A stretch of 64,000 bases of DNA from Eledone cirrhosa (GCA_964016885.1 OZ024743.1:26908001-26972000); one strand, 5' to 3'. Positions 37,783 through 51,995 are shown, counted from the stretch's first letter. A program made the numbers and translations. Notes: generated by a model from the sequence alone, not told the origin.

Positions 37783-40210
37783 ATCATCATCACCGTTTTA
37801 CGTCCGTTCTTCCACGCTAGCATGGGTTAGACGGGTTGTCCTGTTGTGGGCAGTGTCTGGTCGGCTGACCATGCCTTGCTCATACAGGAACTGATCTGGC
37901 TTGATTTCTACAGCTGGATGCCCTTCCTAACACCAACCTCATTTACAGTGAGTGCTGGGTGCTTTTTCGTGGCGCCTACACGTCCACTTTACAGTGTGGG
38001 CTGGGTGCTTTTTTGCCGTGGCACCTCCACGACCACCTTGCGGTGGGGGGGGGGGGGGCGTATTGTTTATATGCTTCAGCATGTACCCATGGGAGGTCGG
38101 GTACCCTGTATTACTGCGTGACGCCAGAAGTCACGGTCGTGTGTCATTGACTTTGAGAGGTGTAGTTGGGTAAGGTCGGCTTTTATCACCTCATCCCAAG
38201 TCATCTTGGGTCTCCCCACTCCGCGGTTTCCATCAACTTCTAGTGCTCTGCACCTTTTTATGCAGCTGTCATCCTTCATACGCATCACATGTCCATACCA
38301 GCGTAACCGCCTCTCCTGCACGCAGCATTTGATTCCTCTTATGCTCAGTCTCTCTCTCAATTCATTTATGCTTTGTCGTTCACGTATATTACTGTTACAC
38401 ATCCATCGGAGCATGCAGGCTTCGTTTCTCTCTAATCTACGTAAGTCTTCCACCTTCAGCGCCCAGGTCTCACTACCATGCAACATCGCTGTTCGGATAC
38501 ACGCATCATACAGTCTGCCTTTCATTCTGAGGGAGAAGCCTTTTGCAGCTAGCAGTGGTAGTAGTTCTCTAAACTTCTTCCATCCCGTTCTTACCCTAGT
38601 TATTGTACTTTCTGAGCACCCACCTCCGTTGCTAATTCGGTCACCTAGGTAGCAGAAGCTGTCTACTGTTTCTACAGGGCCCTCCCAGAGATTGGTGGTA
38701 CTTGTTTCCTGTGGCTGTTTGCTTGCTGTTTCAGCACAGCTGCTGCATGTGAATCCTACATTCTTAATTAAGCTTCCTGAGATCCCGCTACATCTCTTGT
38801 GTACCCATTGTTTGCATTTGGGGCAAAGAATGGAGTTCCTACCTACACCTTTCCTACATACTGAGCAAGGCCATTTCCCTGAGGGGATCTGGGTTCTGTT
38901 TTCTCGTCTACTTATAAGGACCTTAGTCTTTGTCATGTTGACTTTGAGGCCCTTTCTCTCTAGTCCCTGCTTCCAGGTTTGGAATTTATTCTCTAGTTCT
39001 ACCATAGATTCAGCTATGAGTGCGAGGTCATCAGCATACAGGAGTTCCCATGGGCATCCGGTCTTAAACTCCTCCGTTATTGCCTGCAGGACTATGATGA
39101 ACAGGAGAGGGCTAAGAACAGAGCCCTGGTGGACCCCAACCTGTACGCTAAATTCCTCGCTATACTCATTGCCAATCCTAACTTTGCTGACTGCTCCCCT
39201 ATACATGGCTTGTACCGCTTTCACAAGCCATTCATCTACTCCTAGTTTTCTAAGAGCCCACCAGATTACTGCACGTGGAACTCTGTCAAAGGCTTTCTCA
39301 AGGTCGACAAATGCCAAGTAGAGTGGCTTACTTTTAGCTAGGTACTTTTCCTGTAATTGCCTCACAAGGAAGAGCGCATCAGTGGTGCCTTTCCCTGGTA
39401 CAAACCCAAATTGCATCTCGTCTATATTCACCCGGTCCCTAATCAGCTGTGCTATAACTCTTTCTGTTACTTTCATGACCTGGTCCATCAACTTTATACC
39501 TCTATAGTTTCCTCTATCTAGTGCATCGCCTTTACCTTTGTAGCAGTTGACAATGATGCTACTGCACCAATCTTTTGGTATGGCCCCCTCTAGTATTACC
39601 TGGTTAACGATACGTGTGGTTATAGTGTGACCTACAGACCCAGATGCCTTCAGCATCTCGGCAGCTATACCCGATGGACCGGTTGCCTTCCCTATCTTCA
39701 TATCTCTGATTGCCTTACTTACTACGCTGCCGCTGACTTGTACTGCTGGTCCCTCTATAGGGTCTACGTGGGGTAGGGTCTCTTCTTCCCATGCATTCTC
39801 CTCATTTAGTAATCTATCATAATGACTCTTCCATGCATCTTTCTTCTCAGCACTTGTGAGGGCAAGCTCACCTTTATCATTCCGGATACACTTCTCTCCA
39901 ATGACATCACAACTATCTCTGACACACTGCCTCGCAATCTTGAATACCTCCTGTTTCTGGTCCTCACGTTGTAAAACATGCTTGAATTTTCTATCCTCTG
40001 CTTCCCTCCTAGCTAAGTATACTTGTCGCCTAGCTTCCCTCTTGGTCTCTATGTAATGTACCCTGCTCCCCCCGTTCTTCCATTCTTTCCATGCCTGTCT
40101 CTTGGCCTTGACTGCTTCATCTACCTTATTGTTCCACCACCAAGTCACTCTCCTCCTGCTTGAGGTCTTACTCCAGCCACAAACCTCGTCCGTCGCCTCT
40201 AGTAAGTTAT

Positions 40211-40215
<5 letters not shown>
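37783..40215 (-). mobile_element. RTE-clade LINE, 5'-truncated (endonuclease missing)
   Basis: Open RT ORF, ~290-nt 3'UTR and (GAT)n tail; 5' end abuts (TA)n at 40216-40271. Confidence 0.95.
38076..40211 (-). CDS. RTE reverse transcriptase (partial, uninterrupted) with internal PHD-like finger
   Basis: NYRGI, QFGF, FVDLEKAFD, GVHQGSVLSP, YADD, F.YLG and GSETW motifs; frame stays open upstream of 40148 (NNLLEATDEVCGW...). Confidence 0.9.
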
Positions 40216-40274
<59 letters not shown>

Positions 40275-40534
40275 ATAATAATTACAAAGACCAAAATCTG
40301 AAGAGGGCTTGATAATGAGTGTATATATATATATATTATATATATAATAAAAAAGTATATGTAAATCTGTAGAGCAAATATTTATGATTAGTACAGATTA
40401 AAGTGTAAGCAAAGAATTACTACTTTCACCCTATTATGGAAAGGAAGCATGTTTAGAAAGTGGCAAGCAAAGTTTAAAAATTGAGATAGAAATAAAAGGC
40501 TTCACCATAACATTTGACTAAATAAAACAGTCTA

Positions 40535-40722
40535 ATAATTGTTTCTACTTTTGGCACAAAGCCAGCAATTATCCCACTGTATTACTAGTACTTTATTTTA
40601 TCGATCCCGTAAGGATTAAAGGCAAAGTTAACTTCGGCGGGATTTGAACTCAGACCATAAAGGCCTGCAACTCTTTGCTGCAAAACATGGCGTCCAACCC
40701 TCTACTGATACTGCCAATCCAC
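40535..40722 (-). mobile_element. SINE family A copy
   Basis: Reverse complement of the family A unit. Confidence 0.8.
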
Positions 40723-41409
40723 TGTCACAGTCTAATAATGGGGCATATAAACCAATGTACAAGGAACAACATATTTTGTATGTGATCTTATAGACTATAT
40801 ATGCTCTCATATACATTTCTGCATTGTTGATGGGACAATTAAAAAGTGTGTATATATACATTGCTGTATGTGGGTTGGTGTCTGTGGTGCAGTTGCCTCA
40901 ATGAAGGTCTCGAGTGCATCAGCTGTATATTCAATCCCTCCCTTTAAATGGCTTGTGGCAGCTTTAGGTAGCATATATTATCTCTAGGGGCATGTGTCCT
41001 TCTTGTTCTTTTAAGTGTTGCTGCCTTGGCATTTCAGTATTTGGTAAGAGAAGTAAGGTAACCGTTTTTGGTGAGAATTCTCTGGAATTCCACCATGCTT
41101 AAATGTCTGTTGTTACTCTTGCTGCATCTGCTGCATATCCAGGATTTGGGCTCTGACCAAAAGCAAATATTAAATTATATAATGTGGAAAGTTATATAAG
41201 GCTAAACAATGCAAACTGAACGATAAGATGAAGGTATATAAAATTTAGTTACCTGGTAATCTTTGTTTGTTTTTATTGCTGTTATTTCTTTTTTCTAATA
41301 TTTCAGGTCTTAAAATTCCTTTCAGAGTATAAAGAACTTATCTTATAGAAGACAGTACATGTGGTAATATTGTATCGAAGAGATGGAGATATTCATCATC
41401 ACTGCCTGA

Positions 41410-41810
41410 CCTCCCAGGAAGAGGTTTATTTCATCCCACTGAATGGCTTTAACTTCTTCATGTCTAAGAGCACACACCTTAGCTTGGACAATATGATCCT
41501 CATGTTTCACACAAGAGAAATAGCTGAGAGATATTTTTGCTCTAGTATGTCAGATCAGCTACATTTCCTAATAATCTCTTCTAAACTACCTTCTAGCTTC
41601 CTCTCCATTTTGAACTTGCTAAACCCTATTAAATCTCTACAAATCTTTCTATATAAAAAGATCCATCACTTGTTGTTGATGTCTGTTTCTATCAATTTCT
41701 GTCTAGCTAACTCTTTAAACTGAGCTCTCTAATCTTTCAGTGCTAGAAATGACACAATCATCTTTGGCTAACTGGGCTTCTGCCTATGTATCTTATTTAA
41801 GTTAGCTATG
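41410..41810 (-). pseudogene. Old degenerate Tx1 ORF2 fragment
   Basis: VKHEDHIVQAKVCALRHEEVKAIQW aligns by eye with AKHEGCVVRSKIRALGNEGTKAVSW of copy B. Confidence 0.6.
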
Positions 41811-42230
41811 TAGATTACTATATGCCTTATAAAAGCAGTTTATTGTTGTCACATTGGTACATAGCAACAAATTTGTATGGAAGAGATATAGTTGATTGAA
41901 TTAACCCAGTATAGAATTCATACTTAACATATTAAGTTTAGAAGGATAGGAAGAAAAGCTGATACTGGTAGAATTTGAACTGAAATCCATAAAGGGATAT
42001 GACTACATATTGTAAGGTATATATTCTGTTGCTCTATTATTGCTTCTCTGTTAAAAAAAAAAAAAAATAACAGTTTCTAATCTATACAGATATAAGGTAG
42101 CAAATTGGTGGGGTTATTAGAACAGGATAACATGCTTTATGGTATTCATTCCAGTTTTCTGCACTCAGACTTTCAAGGTTTATAAGTAAAGTACCAGTCC
42201 AGTAATAGGTTTCATTATTTCACTACCTCT

Positions 42231-42419
42231 CGGTGAATTGGCAGTATCGGTAGAGGGTCTGACGCAATGCTTTGTAGCAAAGTTACGGCCCTTTATGATC
42301 TGAGTTCAAATCCCACCGAAGTTAACTTTGCCTTTCATCCTTACGGGGTCAATAAAATAAAGTACCAGTAATACACTAGGATAATTGCTGGCCTTGTGCC
42401 AAATATAGAAACAATTATT
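42231..42419 (+). mobile_element. SINE family A copy
   Basis: Matches the family A unit. Confidence 0.85.
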
Positions 42420-42438
42420 TCACTATCTCTCTTGTTAC

Positions 42439-42488
<50 letters not shown>

Positions 42489-43794
42489 TCACTTTCTCTA
42501 TGGAAGAAATTGACTATATTCAAACCTGGAGAGAGAGAGATAGGCTCTGCCCAGTTTAAATGTCTAAGATATGCCATATTATGATGGTGCCCCTACAAAT
42601 CCTCAATGAGTTAAGGGCCAATGGATGAAATCTAAAGACTATGCCCTACATTTTGTGGTAGGGAACAGTTGATTGTTAGATCCATTTCAGTACTTGAATG
42701 GTATTTTTATCAATTCCAGCAGTTGATCTTAGCAGGGTATGAGATCAGGACATAAAGGAATACCATTACATAGATCAAGGTATTTTATTCATCCCTTTAC
42801 TACTTCTGCCATATATTGTACTAACAATATCAACATCAATATTTTTTTAATAGAGTCCATCACCGTCCCTCTTTCCCCTCCCATTTTCTGAGGCCCTAGA
42901 AACCCTGCTTATCCCTACGTTTTCCGTTTTTTATATATTTGTACTTTTTTTCTAATTATTTTATAGTCATTCATTCATGTAGTTACTCATTTATTTAATT
43001 GTGTAAATTCCTAACATAGGCCGAAAGAGGAGGGAACAGTGAATTAGACCAAACACAGGACTTGACTGCTACATTTTATAAACACAAAGGCAACTTTGGT
43101 GCAATTTACGCATAAAAGCAAATATCAAAAGTCTTACTAGTTTTATCTAACAATCTAATAAGGGTTTCTAATTTAGGCACAAGGCTATTAATTTGGGAGA
43201 TAGGAGAAAGTTGATTAAATTGACCTGAAAAGGATGAAAAACAAAGTTGGTCTCAATAGGAATTGAACTCAGTATGTAAAAGAACTATAAGAAGTTCAAA
43301 TTTCACCAGATATGTGGATCCTGGATTCACCAGACATGAATAAAGTTGCACCCATTATATTAATAAGCAGATGCATTGAATATGTTAAGAGTAAATGGCA
43401 AAAAATTCAGTAGATACAGACCAATTAAGGAATTATAAGAAATGACCATATCTCTATTAGAAGTGGAATATTCTCAGAACATTTTCATTTCTTTTGTCAA
43501 TTTTTACAGGCTGAAATAATGGTGAAATAAAAATGTAGAAAAGATGAAAAAACATTGAAGTGATGATTTCCCGAAGGACAAAAGAGAGAAAAACAAATCA
43601 ATCCCAAACGACTGTTGCACGGATTGGACCTTTGGCATGATCTGAAAGTAGGAAAAAAATATTGCTTGTCTTAGTTTTTCTATAATTTAACATCAGATTT
43701 TAAAGTAGACAATAACCAAGGTAATATTTTCTATTGATAAATCTAGCAGAGAAAATCAATTTGATGAATGCTATAAGAATCTCAAAAGATTAAC

Positions 43795-43945
43795 AGCATT
43801 TTGTTGTCAAAAACATTTGTTCTTCCAGCTTTGAGATGTGGAATCCAATTATAAATGGTTGCATTACATGGGCGATTTCTTCCATAAGTTTCTTTCAAAT
43901 TATTCAATAATAATCTGTAACAGAAAAATCTCGTTTAAAAGTGAA
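43795..43945 (-). pseudogene. mariner-type transposase N-terminal HTH remnant
   Basis: LNNLKETYGRNRPCNATIYNWIPHLKAGRTNVFD resembles the L...YG...P...T...W...FK.GR...D pattern. Confidence 0.55.
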
Positions 43946-44265
43946 AAATAGATAATACTTTGTCTGTTTCTCTTTTCACACATTATTTTGAATTATGCAC
44001 TTTATGTAAAGTTAAGTAAAGATTGAAACGTCAGCCATTATGTGAGTGTGTAGGTGTCTTCTCCCAGTGACTCGTATCTGTGTGTGTGTGTGTATGTGTG
44101 TGTGTGCACGTGTCTCTATCTGTGTGTGTGATCTGTGCATATTTGTCAGTTGCTGTGTATGTATGTATGCTGATTTATATAATTAGATTAGTTTCAATGG
44201 CTTTATATCTTCTGGTCAACTGCAGCGAATTAATGGAGTTACCAGCTGTGTGTGTGCAAATATGT

Positions 44266-44477
<212 letters not shown>

Positions 44478-46793
44478 GTGGTGTGTGTGTATAATACTCT
44501 CCTTAGATTAGATGACTGGAGATGTATGATGGAAAACATAAAACATATGTATATCACTTGCTCATATATGATTGGTTAAAGATGACCTCATGTTTCACTC
44601 TTTGCAAGCTATTTCATATACACACATCTGTGTTCATATATATCTGTGTATGTGCGTGCACACGTGTGTGTGTGAGTGTGTGCGTGTGTGTGGTTTATTA
44701 AGGCTGACCCACTAACTTGCTACACTGTATGCTATAGGTTTCTCAGATCGTTAAATACTGTATATCATCATCATCATCATTTAATGCCTGCATTCCCTGT
44801 TAGTAGGAGTTGGACAGGTCTTCAAAGACTGAGTCAATACTGAAGGAGGGGAGAGCTACTGACCTATCAGGCAGGTGGAGGATCTGCATTTTACTTACAT
44901 ATGGTACCAGGCTTTACTGTGCGGGTTTTATCATGGCACCAGCACTAGAGAGGTTATCATGTCCTTGACACAACTGGAAGGTCCTACCAACTCTCTGTTT
45001 GGCATGATTCTTATGACTGGACGCCCTTCCTATCACCAATCACTTTACTGGATGTACTGGGTGCATTTATCATGTAGATTCCCCACACTAGGGAGTTTAT
45101 CGTGTCCTTGACGTAATAACTGAGCACCTCCCAACTCTTTGTTTGGTAAACTTTCTGTGGCTTGATGCCCTATTGCCAACTAGTTTACAGCATGTATTGA
45201 GTTGATTTATTGTGTAAACCCCTAACACTATGGACGTTGTTATGTTCTTGATAGAACTGAACCTTTTTGGTATGGTTTCAGCAGGGTGCCCTTTCTATAG
45301 TCAACCACCTTACAGGATGTACTGGGTACATTTTTGTGGCACCAATACTAGAGTGGTTGTTGGTTATTGTTCCAACTGAAGAGCCCTCTTTGGGCTGGTG
45401 GGGGTGAATGGGAAAGGAAGATAAGTATGAACTGAAGAGCCCTCTCTACTATATGGAGATTGGGAGTGGGAGAGGAATGAAGATAATTATGAAGTAATGG
45501 ATACATGGCAAGTGTGGTGTGATTTAATAGGGTGATGAGTGGTAGGGCAAGCGTGATCTTGATAGCATCGGGGGGGGGGGGGGGGGGGCGGAATGTAGTG
45601 GTGGTGAGGATACCTAAACATCAATAGTGGTGGATGCATGGATATTGTGGTCAATAAGGGAGCACTCACCAGTGTATTGGGATTTTGGGGTGGGGAGTGT
45701 AGTCATAAGGAGAATCGCTAAGAAGAATCAGTAGAGGGTCCATGGGTGGAATTGTGTGCACAATGGAGGAGAGAGTAGCTTCTAAGGTGTAATAGTGTGA
45801 GCATCCATATTTGTTTAGGTCTCTGTGTTTTGAGTTCAAATCCCAATTTACTTTAGGGTCCAATTTACTTTAGGGTGGTAGATTGGCAGAATGTGTAGAA
45901 CATTGGATAAAATACCATGAGGTATTTGTTCTGGCTCTTTATATTCTGAGTTCAAACTGTGAGGTTGTTAACTTTGCCTTTCATCCTTTTAGGGTCTATG
46001 TAATAAAGTAGCAACCAACTTTATGCTTCCACCACCAAATTTACTGGCCTTGTGTCTAAATAAGAAATCAATAGTAATGTTCTTAGGTAAATCTGTGTGT
46101 GCAGTAGAGTGGTGTCTCATTACACTATTTATACAAAGACTATTTCTCTTGTTGGAAACTTCACCTCTAAAGTGACAAAGAAATAATTTTATGTAAAGAG
46201 AGAAATATAAATATTAACTTTAGCCAGTGTGGTTTATATCTAGAATGTGTTTGAGTAGGCGTTCATATACTGACATATCAATTCCCCAACCCCTGCTAAT
46301 ATATCTTGCATGCTGTGTCTGAGTGGTGGAGATATTTGGCCTGTTGAAGGGGGAGGATTTTTATTTTGCTGTTGCTAGTATTGAATTGGTTGTTGTTTAG
46401 CCCCAGGTCACTTGTGAATTAGAAGATTTATGTTTAAAGAGATTGCAATTGGAGTTGTGACTAATGTCAAACAAAGTGCTTTGCAGCATATAGTTATTAC
46501 CCTTTAAGTTCTGAGTTCTAATCCTACCAAGGTTTACATTCCCTCTCATCCTTCCAAGGTTTATAAAATAAAGTGTCAGTCAAATACTGGGATTGATATA
46601 ATCGACTTTAACCAGCCACTAAAACTGCTGATTTTGTGCCTAAATTAGAAACTCATTTCTTTTACCAGTTCCCTTTTGTTAGACTGCCTCTCTTCAAGCC
46701 AGGTACTTATTTTATTGATTACTTTTTATTGAATTGCAAAGTTGTTGAACATTCATATGTGATCATCATCTCCACCCTTTAACATCCCTTTTC

Positions 46794-46858
<65 letters not shown>

Positions 46859-47025
46859 TTTATAGTTATGTATACACTATATACAACTATAAACAGGAAA
46901 GTTCAGTAATTTATTACTACCTTATTATCAGTAAAAAAAAATAGCTCAATGTAAATACATGAGATGTTTTACAGAGTCGGAATATAAATTACACAATAAT
47001 CAAAGCTATGTTCAAATCATTTTAT

Positions 47026-47072
47026 TGCTGACAATCGTTTCTTCCAAACTATCGTTTGGAATCATCGGAGCA
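47026..47072 (-). ncRNA. Hammerhead ribozyme-like motif (U4>C variant), left arm
   Basis: Exact reverse complement of 48135-48181. Confidence 0.6.
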
Positions 47073-48134
47073 GTAGCAATGTTTGTACATATAATTAACC
47101 TCCTATTCAACTGAACAATCATATAGATACATGGATATTAATGTTGTCAACAGTTTCGTATTTACAAGGTGAAATGGATCCGACTTAGATTACAAGAGAA
47201 TTGTACAATAATTAAAATTACAAATTAAAAATTACAAATTAAAAATTACAAATTAAAAATTACAAATTAAAATTACAAATTAAAAATTAAAAATTAAAAA
47301 TTATAAAGATACAGAGTGGAATGCAAGCGACAGAGATTATAAGGGAATAGTATAACAATTAAAGAGGCATTAAGGTAGAAAGTTACTCGTAAAACGAGGA
47401 CACTAGCAGTACATATGCAAGCGTTAAGAGAGTGCAAAGGTATCACATGTTTGCAAGGCAAAGGTATCACATGAAATAAGCATATAAGGCAAAGCTATTT
47501 TTCTATTAAAACTATGGCTTTATGGTGGATGTAGTGTGACTGTTGTTTCTGTAAAGTTCAAAGTTTCTGAAACTTGAAACCCTGATAGCAATATAATAGG
47601 ACCGGTGTACAATCCATGGCTGTGACTGATTAAAACCATTCCCTAAAATAAAACATAGCCAATGTAATGGAAAACATAGCAATAACATTGATACTCTCAG
47701 CACATATACATTTGAACTTTACAGAAACAACAGTCACACTACATGCCTTGCAAAAAATTATATATACCTAATACCATTGCTTGTTTCCTCCCTATATATA
47801 ACTAATGCATTTGCACTCTCTTAACGCTTGCATATGTACTGCTAGTGTCCTCATTTTACGAGAAACTTTCTACTTTAATGCCTCTTTAATTGTTATACTA
47901 TTCCCTTATAATCTCTGTTGCTTGCATTCCACTCTGTACCTTTATAATTTTTAATTTGTAATTTTTAATTTGTAATTTTTAATTTGTAATTTTAATTATT
48001 GTACAATTCTCTTGTAATCTAAGTCGCATCCATTTCACCTTGTAAATACGAAACTGTTGACAACATTAATATCCATGTATCTATATGATTGTTCAGTTGA
48101 ATAGGAGGTTAATTATATGTACAAACATTGCTAC

Positions 48135-48181
48135 TGCTCCGATGATTCCAAACGATAGTTTGGAAGAAACGATTGTCAGCA
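48135..48181 (+). ncRNA. Hammerhead ribozyme-like motif (U4>C variant), right arm
   Basis: UGCU-CCGAUGA-UUCCAAAC(GAUA)GUUUGGAA-GAAAC-GAUU-GUC-AGCA: 8-bp stem II and GUC cleavage triplet. Confidence 0.6.
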
Positions 48182-49632
48182 ATAAAATTATTTGAACATA
48201 GCTTTGATTATTGTGTAATTATATATATAATTCAAGTATGTGTTGGTTAATTACTGACACTCCAGTATGCAGGGTAGAGCACTCAATGAAGTGCACAGGT
48301 GAGTCTGTTTATTCCGGAGTAATTTAAAAACAAGAAGTGCAAGTCAACAAGTTAAAATTAACTTTGTTCATTCATATTCACTGTTATATATATATATTTC
48401 AGTGATAACCATTATGAAACAGCTATAATCTCATCAGATTCAGATAGCTAGAATTTGAATAGAAAAACAGAAAAACATAACGATGGAATAAAGCTTACTT
48501 CTGTTATTTCAACTTTGTAATATGCTCAGTGCTGAAATTTGGTGTTGTTTTCTCAAAGTATTGGTCGCATATGTGACCAGTGTTTTCAAGGTTACTTATA
48601 ATGATACCACACTTCATTCCCTCCTTAACCTCCTCCTGGACAGTGGTCTCATACATCTCTTGCCAACTCATACCAGTTATGCACTGCTTCCACAATCAAA
48701 GTTCCTAGAAGCATCTTTCCAAGGAGAAAAGACAAATTAATTATCTTTAATGGCACAATAACAAAACTACTACACATACCAAGGAAACATTCTTACACTT
48801 TACTCTTGCCATGCATATAAAACTCACATCTGAAATCCTTAAAGACTCTACAAATCCTATGCTACATAAAATCTTACAATCTCTCATGGCAACTCCAGCA
48901 TATAAAATATTGGAAAAGCTGTATACCAAAGACTATAAATAATCCACTTTAGAGTACTGCTCACGTATCTGAGAATTTGCTGCTATTGTTGCTGTCATCC
49001 ATCTGATTAACAAAAACTCACTCTTCATTAAACAACAATACCTGGATTATGTTGCTTCGCTTTCTGCCAGCTCTTCGCCTCATACAAAAACCCAGTGAAA
49101 ACATCTGTATTTGGCCAATCAGATTTCTAGAAAAAACAACCAAATTCTATTCAAATAACTATACCTTACTATTTGAAAAGACAGAACTGCACATTGGATA
49201 ATATTCTGTATAAATTATTTAAAAATAGGATTGCTGTAACATTTTAAATCATAAGTCTGCTAAAGATGAGGTGACTTGGAATTAAATAACAACATTTATA
49301 TGATTTACATATTTGCACACTCTTAAAAAATAAACACCTGTCCACAACTACAGTCCACACACACACATGCATGCATGCACACACACACATGCACGTATGT
49401 ACTCATACACACACACCTACAATCACGTTGTATGCATGCACATACATGCTAATACACACACAAACATTAAACATCTCTCCCACAGTAGTTTATCTTGGTT
49501 GACCCAGGTTGTAGGATCTATCTGGACAACATGGAAAGGTGGATGGAAAATAATGATGATGATGATGATGATGTATACACACACGCACACACACACACAC
49601 AAACATGCCCCCCCCCCTCCACACACATATAA

Positions 49633-49890
49633 TAATTTCTGATTTAGGCACAAGGCCAACAATTTGAGGGAAGGGGAAAGTCAATTAAGTCGACACCAGT
49701 GCATTACTGGTACTTCATTTTATTGACCTCATAAGGATGAAAGGCAAAGCTAACCTCAGCAGGATTTGATCTCAGACCATAAACTCTATGTACCAAAGCA
49801 TGGTGTCTGACAATCTACTGATACTGCCAATCCACTACCTTCATATAATTGCTTCTACTTTAGGCACAAGGCCAGCAATTACCCAGTGCA
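49633..49890 (-). mobile_element. SINE family A variant plus a second partial tail
   Basis: Family A head and core with an extended 3' part. Confidence 0.65.
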
Positions 49891-50352
49891 ATAATGAAGG
49901 TACATGTTGACTGTATGTGTAGACCTCATGGGAAGGTGATGAAAAAAGAAGAAAAGAAAGAAAAGAAATAAAGACAAAAATATGAAAAATGAGAAAGATA
50001 GTGAAAGATAATCTAGTGAAAATATAAATACTTAAATCTTGGCTACTGATATGATAGAGGTACTTCAGTTAGTATATGCATACACTCAGGTGAAATAATG
50101 TGATATTATGGTACTAACTTTTCTCAAATCAGGTGAAAAATATATTAAAAACTAAAACACACAACTTTGAATTATGACAACTTCAGAGACTTGATTCAGT
50201 GAGAAATTACTATTGTAACACATCATACCACCTAAACCTCTAAGTGGTCATTGAACCTGCTCAAAATAGCATCCAAATCTCTCTCATATCGCATATTACC
50301 ATCTGAAAAAGGGATGCACAAATTCAATAATGTACTTACAGAATCAATATAC

Positions 50353-50431
<79 letters not shown>

Positions 50432-50622
50432 ATATATATATGTGAGAAAAACCACAAACCCTCCATCTCAATTCTACTTTTGAAAAGCATAGGAACTGTG
50501 AAACTGGTAAAGGAAATAAATAGATATTCTTAAAAAGATTCCAGTTGCATTTTTGATTTGTTTTTCTTATACTTTCACCCGTGTAGGACAACACATTTTT
50601 TCATTTAAAAAATCCTCATTTT

Positions 50623-50675
<53 letters not shown>

Positions 50676-50838
50676 ATGTGTGTGTGTGAAGATACATAAG
50701 GTTTGTTTATGTATATAAAGAATGAATACTTAAACAAGATAACTGCTTACCAGACTATTATAACAGTCACAGAAACTTATGTTAAATCTAATACATTCCT
50801 ACACTGCCTTCTTGCTGAAGTCTATATTTTTCTTGGTG

Positions 50839-51995
50839 CATCATCATCATCATCATCATCATTTTACGTCTGCTTTTCCCTGCTTGCAAGGGTGGGACGG
50901 GTCCTATTCAGCACAGCATCTCTCCACTTGTTACGGTCCTTCATCATCTTCTCCGTGAGCTTCAGCAATGTGAGGTCTGCTCTCACCATCTCCGCCCATG
51001 TTTTTCATGGTCTTCTTCTACTGTGTCTTCCTTCTACTGGGATTTCTTGCCACTTCTTTACCCAGCGGTCATCCTCCAAGCGCATCACATGTCCATACTA
51101 TCTCAGTCTTCCCTCCCGCACACCACAACTTATCCCTCTTATACACAGTTTCTTTCTCAACTCATCTATGCTTGCTCGTTCACATACATTGACATTGCAT
51201 CCCCAACAGAGCATGCTTGCTTCATTTCTTTCCAGCCATTGCATATCCTCTATAGTTGCTGCCCATGTCTCACTACCATGCAGCATTGCGCACCTCACAC
51301 AGGCATCATATAACCGGCCTTTCGTATGCAGGGAGAAACCCTTCTTTGTCAACAGAGGAAGCAGCTCCCTAAACTTCTTCCAACCGGTCCTTATTCTAGA
51401 TACTATGGCCTCGGAAACCCCCCCCCCCTCCCATGCTAATCTGATTACCTAGGTACCGGAAGCTATCAACCACTTCTATAGAACCCACCTGCATTTGAAA
51501 AATGTATCTATCACTGCAATTACTACTGTCAAATTTCCCTGTACATCTACTGCATACGTATTTCTCCCTACCTATTAGTTTGCCTGCTATTCCTCAACTT
51601 CTCTTGAGTACCCAAGATCTGCATTGTGAACATTTTATAGAATTTATGCCAGTTCCTTTTCTACATATCGAACATGGCCATTTCCCTGATGGAATAAGAG
51701 TTTTGTCCTCTTTTTACTTATCAACACTTTTATCTTAGCTAGGTTCACTCTCAGTCTTCTTAATTCCAACTGCTGTTTCCATAGCCAGAATTTATTCTCT
51801 AGCTCCTCTACTGATTATGCTATAAGAACCAGATCGTCAGCATAGAGAAGTTCCCATAGGGAGCCAGTCTTAAACTCCTCTGTTTTGGCTTGGAACGGGC
51901 TGAGGACCGAACCCTGATGTGCTCCTACTTGTATCTGGAATTCCTCACTAAACTCCATTCCTACTCTCAATTTACTGACAGCACCTCTGTACATA
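50839..51995 (-). pseudogene. RTE LINE fragment, subfamily with a very short 3'UTR
   Basis: KGRLYDACVRCAMLHGSETW; decayed PHD region; coding sequence runs almost directly into CCCACCCTTGCAAGCAGGGAAAAGCAGACGTAAAA(TGA)n. Confidence 0.85.

Larger units (their letters stand above)
46987..48220. repeat. Large palindrome, probably inverted PLE pseudo-LTRs
   Basis: Arms 46987-47438 and 47810-48220 are near-identical in inverted orientation; inner ~34-bp IR at ~47529-47562 / 47711-47744; each outer arm ends with a hammerhead motif and AATAAA. Confidence 0.85.

Noticed and set aside
41307-43530. Strong plus-strand acceptor-like tracts at ~41306 and ~43509
   Set aside because: Stops follow within 14 codons in the frames I checked, and I found no good donor; such tracts are common in AT-rich DNA.
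48700-49100. Possible ancient CR1/Jockey-type LINE remnant (LEYCSRI)
   Set aside because: Only one short motif is recognisable, which is not enough to call.
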